From Candidatus Thorarchaeota archaeon (lineage in GTDB: Archaea > Asgardarchaeota > Thorarchaeia > Thorarchaeales > Thorarchaeaceae), in contig PRDI01000090.1 in the NCBI GenBank assembly GCA_003345595.1, positions 1 through 23,520 on the forward strand: 23,520 nt of DNA, written 5' to 3'. This document shows positions 17,276-23,520 of the stretch, piece after piece. Positions within the stretch are counted from its first letter, which is position 1. Each line of letters opens with the position of its first letter. The notes under the pieces were generated by a model, which saw nothing but the letters and a program-made list of their open reading frames with translations, was not told where the DNA came from and ran no database searches. Position numbers and translations under genes: made by a program.

Positions 17276-17734
17276 TCAGTCCCCTATTTCTGTCAGGAGG
17301 CCCTCAATGAGCGACGCGGCGGTCTCTTGAGTGCATCGTGGATACTGCTGGATATGTACCTTCACACTTATCATATCCGGTCCTGTGGCCAGTTTCAGGT
17401 GACCAAGGTAGGCAGCCTGTTTGTCGATCCTGACAAATAGCACACATCGTTCATCAATGCGCTGCATCAGTGTCGCGGCTAAAGTCCTCCTGTCATCGGA
17501 TGACAGTTCTCTCAATAGGTGGCGGACCGCCGTTTCACAGGGCGACTTAGCACGAAGAACTGCGGAGATCACGGCAATTGTGGTCCGGTTGTACCCTTCC
17601 GCCATCTGAGTCTCGACCTTAACCCGACCACGCAGTTCCTCGGGGAACACATTGAGGACCGCAGTACTGACTCTCTCTAGGATCTCTGTTGGACGAGAGT
17701 GACCGCGTGCCTCAAACTCGGCAAAGTACGACAT
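17276..17734 (-). CDS. Predicted RNA-binding protein (COG1325/DUF54-like)
   Basis: H..TE...V..A..N, AEGYN, LFVRIDKQAAYLG. Lies between rpl15e and rpp30, as in many archaea. Confidence 0.8.
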   Translation of the reverse strand: MSYFAEFEARGHSRPTEILERVSTAVLNVFPEELRGRVKVETQMAEGYNRTTIAVISAVLRAKSPCETAVRHLLRELSSDDRRTLAATLMQRIDERCVLFVRIDKQAAYLGHLKLATGPDMISVKVHIQQYPRCTQETAASLIEGLLTEIGD

Positions 17735-17763
17735 TTTGGATGACCCGGAGGTATTGGCACAGG

Positions 17764-18345
17764 CTACTTTCCGAGGTTATGCTTCGCCCGGAGTGACGGT
17801 CTCATCTTCTCAGCTCCGCGACCCCTGTTTCTCAGGCCCCTGCTTCTCTTGCCAGCAGAAGAGAGTCCTCGACTCACACGACCTTTCTGTACAGGGTCAC
17901 AGATCCAGTTGATATCCGGATCGTTATAGATTACTGGATGGATGGGGTCTACCAAGATACACTCGTACCAGACCCATTTGCTGTCGTTGCCCACCCAATA
18001 GGAGTTAAGTAGACGCAGATTGGGGAACTTCTTCGCTACTCTCTCTTCAGCGATCCAGCGACGTGATTTCTGGGGGGTGTATCTGACAACACCCATGGCC
18101 CTTGGCTTTCGTCCTGCCTTTGGTCGTATCTTCTCACGAGGACCTCGACCTGTCCTGACTCTTACGACCACATACCCCTGCTTGGCCTTGTAGCCGAGCT
18201 CGCGTGCTCGTCCAAGCCTAGTCGGGTGTTCCAGCCTTACGATACTTTCCTGCTTTCTCCAGACTATCAGTCTGTTACGGATGGTTTCAGTTCGCTCTGT
18301 CTGCTCTTCCATCCATGATTCATTCATGTGCTTGTAAGCTGACAT
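17764..18345 (-). CDS. rpl15e: 50S ribosomal protein L15e
   Basis: MSAYK, PTRLGRARELGYKAKQG, IAEERVAKKFPNLRLLNSYWVG, ILVDPIHP, RGLSSAGKRSRGL. Confidence 0.97.
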   Translation of the reverse strand: MSAYKHMNESWMEEQTERTETIRNRLIVWRKQESIVRLEHPTRLGRARELGYKAKQGYVVVRVRTGRGPREKIRPKAGRKPRAMGVVRYTPQKSRRWIAEERVAKKFPNLRLLNSYWVGNDSKWVWYECILVDPIHPVIYNDPDINWICDPVQKGRVSRGLSSAGKRSRGLRNRGRGAEKMRPSLRAKHNLGK

Positions 18346-18376
18346 CTATCTACTTCCTTTGCAGTGAATCAAATCG

Positions 18377-18437
18377 CTTTGTTTGTGGTTCAGCCCTGAG
18401 GGCCACATCCCATGCGGACGCATCCGCCAACACAAAG
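18377..18437 (-). ncRNA. eL15 ribosomal leader-like structured RNA in the rpl15e 5' UTR
   Basis: Minus strand: CUUUGU-GUUG-[GCGGA-UGCG-UCCGC]-AUGGGAUGU-[GGCCC-UCA-GGGCU]-GAACCA-CAA-ACAAAG. The GGGAUGUGGCC...GGCUGAACC core is recalled from archaeal rpl15e leaders. Confidence 0.7.
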
Positions 18438-18482
18438 GAATGGTTGCAGTCGAGAACCCGTGGCCAATCCACTGACTCGACC

Positions 18483-18544
18483 GCAGGCCGTTCTGGGAGC
18501 TTTACTTAAAGATGTAACGATTGGGCTCCCAGACGCGGCCCTGC
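18483..18544. repeat. Long inverted repeat enclosing the putative rpl15e TATA box
   Basis: tctgggagc (18492-18500) / gctcccaga (18525-18533) plus ggccg/cggcc and gca/tgc. The loop contains TTTAAGTA on the minus strand. Confidence 0.55.
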
Positions 18545-18553
18545 TATGTGGTT

Positions 18554-19471
18554 CTACTTTCCAGTGAGCTCCTTGATGACCTTGTCAACAGTCAGTTCTC
18601 CGATCCTCACTTGGGCCTCAAGTGTGGATGAAGCAATATGCGGGCTTGCGACTACTTTCGGATGCTTGACGAGCTTCCAGTCTTTCGGTGGCTCGTCGAC
18701 GTATACGTCCAGACCTGCACCTGCGATCGTTCCGGCGTCAAGAGCCTTCAGCAGAGCCGCCTCATCCACGATCCCGCCTCGGGAAGTGTTGATTATGTAG
18801 GCGGTCTTCTTCATGCGGGCTAGCTCCTTCTCACCAATCATGCCCTTTGTCTGAGGGACCAGAGGGACATGCAGAGTCAGGAAGTCCGACTTCTCTATTA
18901 TGTCCTTGAGTTCGGAACGCTTTATGCCCAAGTCCTTGCAGGCCTTGTTGATGTCAATCACATCATAGGCCAGCACATCCATGTCAAAGGCCTTCGCTCT
19001 CTTTGCCACCTCTGCTCCGATTCTGCCCAAGCCAATGATGCCTAGGGTCTTCTTGTACAGCTCTGTGCCCTCCAGTTTCTTCTTCTCCCACTTCTCTTCT
19101 TTCATCGTGTGGTCTGCCGTCGGGAGAAACCTGATCAACGAGAGCATGAGTCCAAAGACCAGCTCGGCCACTGAAACAGAGGGCCCCTCAGGAGTGTTCA
19201 ACACCTTGATACCTTTGGCTTTCGCGGCTTCAGCGTCCACATTGTCAAGGCCCACTCCTGCCCTGACTATCAGTTTCAGCTTGTCTGCAGCAGCGATGAC
19301 CTCCTTGGTCACCTTCGTTGCACTTCTGACTACTATGCATTCAAAACCCTTGATCTGTTTCTCCAAGGGCCCATCAGTTTCAGCCTTTCTGACTACAATC
19401 GTCAGTCCTGCTTTCTCCAGCCTCTTCTGGGCGGACTCGGAAATGGGATCTGCAATCAACACACGTGCCAT
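18554..19471 (-). CDS. D-3-phosphoglycerate dehydrogenase-like D-2-hydroxyacid dehydrogenase
   Basis: MARVLIADPI, VVRSATKVT, RAGVGLDNVD, SVAEL, GIIGLGRIG, NTSRGGIVDE, GLDVY..EP, SPHIASST.EAQ. No ACT domain. Confidence 0.92.
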   Translation of the reverse strand: MARVLIADPISESAQKRLEKAGLTIVVRKAETDGPLEKQIKGFECIVVRSATKVTKEVIAAADKLKLIVRAGVGLDNVDAEAAKAKGIKVLNTPEGPSVSVAELVFGLMLSLIRFLPTADHTMKEEKWEKKKLEGTELYKKTLGIIGLGRIGAEVAKRAKAFDMDVLAYDVIDINKACKDLGIKRSELKDIIEKSDFLTLHVPLVPQTKGMIGEKELARMKKTAYIINTSRGGIVDEAALLKALDAGTIAGAGLDVYVDEPPKDWKLVKHPKVVASPHIASSTLEAQVRIGELTVDKVIKELTGK

Positions 19472-19571
19472 GGTTCTTACCCTCCGATTTGGGTGTGCGC
19501 AGACCAAGCTTGCTCCGTCTTAAGCTTGGCGACCAAAGAGTTTCTTAAGGTCCTGCTTCTCTTCCAGACTC

Positions 19572-20156
19572 ATGAAGCGGCAACTGGAGCCTTCAAATTC
19601 GGTTGTACCCTGCCCAGCTGTTCTCGTGAGCGTCAGGGGACCTGACCGGCCAAACATAATCACTCTGGCCTGGGCGGCCAATGTGTGCAGCGAACCACCC
19701 ACAGTCGTCGTGGGCATTCGACCAAGACGTTATAGTCACGGGCTCGTGAAAGAGGCCGGTGACTTTGTTGTCAACATCCCTTCAGCTGACCTGCTTGAGG
19801 CAACCAAGCTGTGTGGCACGAAGTCAGGAAGGGACATGGACAAGTTTGCTGTCTCTCACTTGACTGCGGAGCCCTCGACCAAGGTCACATCTCCCATGAT
19901 CAAAGAGTGCCCCATCAACATTGAGTGCAAGACAAAGCAGGTCATCACACTAGGAAGTCATGACCTCTTTATCGCAGAAGTTGTGGCAGTCCACATCGAT
20001 GAGTCTGTGCTTGACGAGAAGGGCAACTTCGACGCAGCCAAGGCGAAGTTGTTCGCTTTCCTTCCTCTGACCGGAGATTACTGGGCACTCGGAGAGGCAC
20101 TTCGCGAGTCACCACCTGCCGGCTCTGCGACCACCAAGAGGCGCGGGCGTCGATAG
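19572..20156 (+). CDS. Flavin reductase-like (DIM6/NTAB) family protein
   Basis: PCPAVLVS, PNIITLAW, FVVNIP, CGTKSGRDMDKF, ECPINIECK, LGSHDLFIAEVV. Confidence 0.92.
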   Translation: MKRQLEPSNSVVPCPAVLVSVRGPDRPNIITLAWAANVCSEPPTVVVGIRPRRYSHGLVKEAGDFVVNIPSADLLEATKLCGTKSGRDMDKFAVSHLTAEPSTKVTSPMIKECPINIECKTKQVITLGSHDLFIAEVVAVHIDESVLDEKGNFDAAKAKLFAFLPLTGDYWALGEALRESPPAGSATTKRRGRR

Positions 20157-20183
20157 ATCTTGAACTGCGAATGTCATGTTGGC

Positions 20184-20215
20184 CTGTCGAGTCCAAAACC
20201 TGTAAGACTCGACAG
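20184..20215. terminator. Perfect 10-bp inverted repeat between convergent genes
   Basis: ctgtcgagtc (20184-20193) / gactcgacag (20206-20215). Confidence 0.55.
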
Positions 20216-20232
20216 CCATAGTGTGGGGGCGC

Positions 20233-21450
20233 TCACTTTGTCCCCTTGGCGCTTACAATCTTGATGACATCACCGTTCTTCAAGACGGTCTTGTCAGAGA
20301 TTCTCATCTTCGTACGCGCGTCAATCGCATGTATGAAGCTCTCCATCAGGTCCGTATGGATGACCCCTGCGAACTCCTTTGCCGTTATGCCCTCGGGAAC
20401 CAGAAAGACATCTGGCAGGACATTCCCATCTCCATCAGTGAGTGAGTTCGGGTCGTGGACCGGATAGACGGCTATCATATGCAGGTACTCAAACACAGCG
20501 CGGTTGAGTATGCCCTGTACTCCCGTCCCTCCATACTTTTTGAGAAGGTCCTTCTTGAGCTTCTCCAGCTGCGCAAGTTCATTAGCTTTCAGTCGTTCTG
20601 GCTGAAGGATCTGGAAATCATCATTCCCTGGTATGTATTTTATGACTCCCCTCTTGTCCATGTCCCTGAGTGCTTTCTCAGCCAAGGCACTCACGGGCAC
20701 AACTAGGGTGTCCGGGAATGTCTGTTGCAGTTTCTTGAGGTTCTGTTCTGCGGTTGGGCGATCAATCTTGTTCGCCGCTATAATTATCGGTTTGGCCACC
20801 TTGCGGAGTACTCGAACGAACTTCCTTACGTCATCGTTTGTCCAGACGTCCGCCGTTTCGACCTTCAGACCCGATTCTCTTATGGCCTTCAGGATATGCC
20901 CCCTGCTGATGTTTAGGCCTGTAAGCTTCTCGAGAAGCAGCTCGTCGACCTTCGCACCCTCCGCTCTCACTCGTCCAGAGATCCTCCTCCAGTCCTTCTG
21001 CACTATCGCAAGCATCCACTCGGTTATCTCCTCCTCAAGGAACCTCACATCCTCAAGTGGGTCATGAGTCCCTGCTGCGACTTCTTGTCCCTCCGAGTTC
21101 GTAGAGCCGCTAGTGTCCACAATATGAATGAGGACATCGGCCTGTCTCAGGTCGTCTAGGAACTGGTTTCCCATGCCCTTTCCTTCATGTGCGCCAGGGA
21201 CAAGGCCCGCCACGTCGATCAGCTTGATTGGTATCATCCTTACACCATCGACACAGGCCGAGTTCTTTGGATTGTCCGTGACGCCAAAGGCTCTGCATGC
21301 ACACGGTGTACGCACGTAGGTGACTGCAACATTCGCCTGGATTGTCGTGAAGGGATAGTTGCCTACCTTGAAGTCGGTCATACATGCCGCGTTAGTGAAC
21401 GAGGTCTTACCAGACGAAGGTTTTCCAACGATGCCGACACTGAACCCCAT
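20233..21450 (-). CDS. ychF: Archaeal YchF/OLA1-related Obg-family NTPase
   Basis: GIVGKPSSGKTS, NYPFTTI, IDVAGLVPGAHEGKGMGNQFLDDLRQAD, ANKID, and a TGS-like C-terminus. Start 21450 or 21459. Confidence 0.93.
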   Translation of the reverse strand: MGFSVGIVGKPSSGKTSFTNAACMTDFKVGNYPFTTIQANVAVTYVRTPCACRAFGVTDNPKNSACVDGVRMIPIKLIDVAGLVPGAHEGKGMGNQFLDDLRQADVLIHIVDTSGSTNSEGQEVAAGTHDPLEDVRFLEEEITEWMLAIVQKDWRRISGRVRAEGAKVDELLLEKLTGLNISRGHILKAIRESGLKVETADVWTNDDVRKFVRVLRKVAKPIIIAANKIDRPTAEQNLKKLQQTFPDTLVVPVSALAEKALRDMDKRGVIKYIPGNDDFQILQPERLKANELAQLEKLKKDLLKKYGGTGVQGILNRAVFEYLHMIAVYPVHDPNSLTDGDGNVLPDVFLVPEGITAKEFAGVIHTDLMESFIHAIDARTKMRISDKTVLKNGDVIKIVSAKGTK

Positions 21451-21792
21451 GAGAACCATCACTCACATTGTGGACTCCCTATCAGTGGCGAGAGATAAAC
21501 TTCTCCAATGGTATCTCATAGAAGACGAATCTCTCACTGGTCCAACTGCATGCTCCTGCATGTCATCCTCCTCGCGACAACCCCACGAACCACTTTATTC
21601 CCGCTGTCCGTTTGTTAAGTCCGGTGAGTGTGCGTTTGCCCGCTTGCCTCTCAGTATTCGGTTGACGGGCGGCACACACTCCGGTCATCCTTCGCATGTG
21701 ACCAGAGGGGGCCTTCAAGGACCACCTAGGGATAGCGTCAGATACGACTGCGACTTATATGTGAAGAACGCGGAGGTTCGTTTGTGGAGCAA

Positions 21793-22221
21793 ATGGCTAT
21801 CCAATCGGGTGTGTCCACTAGCATGGAATTGGTCAGCGACTACATACTTGTAAGAAAACCCGCATTACCTCGATGGTGGGACCCCGTATCTAGACCCCAT
21901 GTAGCTGTCATCATTGAAGACCCCGCCTCCGGCCGCGTCCAGAGGTACTACTTGTCACAAGGCGGTCAGCTAGCACCAGACGGCCGCACGCCTCTTGAGG
22001 TCACAGACATAGATGCGCTGCCAGACGGTACACTCCTCGAGGTCCGGTTCAATGCGATGAAGGCCAACCTGTTCAGGCTTGAGATGATGGACTGTGTGCC
22101 GTGTTGGAGATGGGTTGGCCGTTGCAGAGGGCTGCCGGGTTTTGACAGTGATGGGATCGACTGGACACGTCTCATGGACGGCATTGAACTCTATCAGCTC
22201 AATGGCTTTGTCGCGAACTAG
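21793..22221 (+). CDS. Hypothetical protein (orphan)
   Basis: ORF of about 140 codons filling the intergenic space, with TATA-like TTATAT near 21755 and GGAG before ATG 21793. No recognisable motif; start uncertain. Confidence 0.45.
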   Translation: MAIQSGVSTSMELVSDYILVRKPALPRWWDPVSRPHVAVIIEDPASGRVQRYYLSQGGQLAPDGRTPLEVTDIDALPDGTLLEVRFNAMKANLFRLEMMDCVPCWRWVGRCRGLPGFDSDGIDWTRLMDGIELYQLNGFVAN

Positions 22222-22458
22222 AAACCGCCTAACAAAGACCATTTTCACACCTGCTATCCTAGTTGTTGTTGTCGAGTTCAGAAGAGGCTCATCAAGACCA
22301 ACTACTGTATACTGCATCTCTCCATACTGCTCTCAGTATCCGACAACAGCATTACTGCCTGCATCCTCTTGCTTAGAAAGGGGCCTTATTATGCAGGCTG
22401 AATTGGTATCACAGCGGGTCGGTTAGGCTACCAAACATGAAACACGTGGTGCGGGAAA

Positions 22459-23514
22459 ATGATGTCGGACGAATCTGGAATTCTTCAGAAGCATTTTGAC
22501 GACGCAGTCGTGATGTCACGTCGCTATCGAGTGCCAGCAGGCAAACGCGATGCAGTCCTTGAGAAGGTCGGACAATTCATAGAGGAGTCTGGAAAGGATG
22601 AGAAGCGTCCTCTCACTGTAGTGCTGGACTGGGGTACGATATTCGATAATCAGTACGACATCGAGATCTGCAGGCCGGTGAAGAGGAAATCGTCTGGCAA
22701 AGGGCTCTCGACGAAGACTCTGCAGGGTGGCGATGCTTTCACACTGACGCACACCGGTTCTCCTGATGGAATGAAAGAGAAGTACCAGAAGCTCATAGAA
22801 CACATGAGAGCGCGCGGTCTCCGAACATGGGAGTCTGGGAGGGAGATCTACCACGTGTTCGATTCCACCCACCCAGAGAGGAATCAGGTAGAGATAGTCT
22901 CCATGATACATGATTGGACGGGCATGCTCAAGAGTGGTCTTGAGCGTGTGGCGGGCAGGAATGTCGCTGACAAGGTCATGGCCGAGGCTCTCGGCTTCAC
23001 ATATGAAACCAAGCATCCAGAGAGAAAACGTTGGGTCGGTGAAATGGTTGAGCGGATGGACAGTCTTCTGGATGAGAAGCAGAAGTATGAAGTCCTGTCC
23101 TGTTGCGCAGACAAGTTCCCTGTAGAGCGAATCAAGAATCTTAGGGGCATCTTCGAACGCAACCATAGTGTTGACGAAGTTCTTGCTGCGGTACAGGCGG
23201 ACAGATACTGGTATGCTCATCCCAAGCGAGAGGGCAATCTCATAATCGAGACCAAGCTCCCATACGATGAGGAGGCTCATGCGAAGGCCAAGACGGACGA
23301 GGAACGAAGAAAGGCCGCCTGTCACTGCAGTATGATAAGGGACAACATGGACGGTCTTTCGCCAACTTACTGCTATTGTGGGGCAGGATGGTACAGACAG
23401 CTCTGGGAGGGTGTGCTTGGAAGACAACTGGAGATTGACCTCGTGAAGACAGTTGTCAGGGGCGATGATGTCTGCCAGTTCGCAATCCACTTGCCGCCTG
23501 ACCTAGTGCCATAG
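22459..23514 (+). CDS. GyrI-like small-molecule-binding domain fused to a Cys-rich DUF6144/V4R-like domain
   Basis: N-half: DIEICRPV, THTGSPD..KEKYQKL, GREIY. C-half: SCCA, CHCSM, TYCYCGAGWYRQLWEGVLGR..EIDLVKTVVRGDDVCQFAI. Confidence 0.8.
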   Translation: MMSDESGILQKHFDDAVVMSRRYRVPAGKRDAVLEKVGQFIEESGKDEKRPLTVVLDWGTIFDNQYDIEICRPVKRKSSGKGLSTKTLQGGDAFTLTHTGSPDGMKEKYQKLIEHMRARGLRTWESGREIYHVFDSTHPERNQVEIVSMIHDWTGMLKSGLERVAGRNVADKVMAEALGFTYETKHPERKRWVGEMVERMDSLLDEKQKYEVLSCCADKFPVERIKNLRGIFERNHSVDEVLAAVQADRYWYAHPKREGNLIIETKLPYDEEAHAKAKTDEERRKAACHCSMIRDNMDGLSPTYCYCGAGWYRQLWEGVLGRQLEIDLVKTVVRGDDVCQFAIHLPPDLVP

Positions 23515-23520
23515 TAGGCA

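Noticed and set aside
22265-22350. Box C/D sRNA (UGAUGA...CUGA on the minus strand)
   Set aside because: Only 7 nt separate the boxes, and there is no convincing 5' C box.
22516-23490. 324-aa antisense ORF, and similar ones at 12211-12963, 16720-17310 and 18981-19523
   Set aside because: These are shadow ORFs opposite well-supported genes and have no recognisable motifs.

Overview
Archaeal chromosomal window. Evidence: rpl15e, the RNase P proteins Rpp30/Pop5, archaeal-type YchF, TATA-like promoters and GGAGG/GGTGA ribosome-binding sites. Gene content and style suggest an Asgard archaeon, possibly Thorarchaeia-like; this is inference only. Left end: a 5'-partial HdrA-MvhD fusion, translationally coupled to a 754-aa protein with two winged-helix modules and a ferredoxin domain, then an acyl-CoA dehydrogenase. 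Middle (4.5-14.8 kb): an accessory redox/metal-stress cluster with DinB, an atypical Fpg/Nei, a cupin, FprA, an alpha/beta hydrolase, DUF6448, a Cys-rich PadR divergent from arsM with paired palindromic operators, an unannotated Cys-Cys small ORF, a stand-alone MvhD, a His-rich MFS transporter and FTR1. Right: an HD phosphohydrolase, a JAMM protease, the rpl15e-COG1325-rpp30-pop5 operon with an eL15-type RNA leader, a SerA-like dehydrogenase, a flavin reductase, YchF, an orphan ORF and a GyrI-like/DUF6144 fusion. Best novelty candidates: a PadR-type arsenic sensor module, several strongly structured intergenic RNA-like elements, and the wHTH-ferredoxin Hdr partner. No tRNA, rRNA, CRISPR array or transposase was found. 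All family calls come from motif recognition by eye, not database searches.
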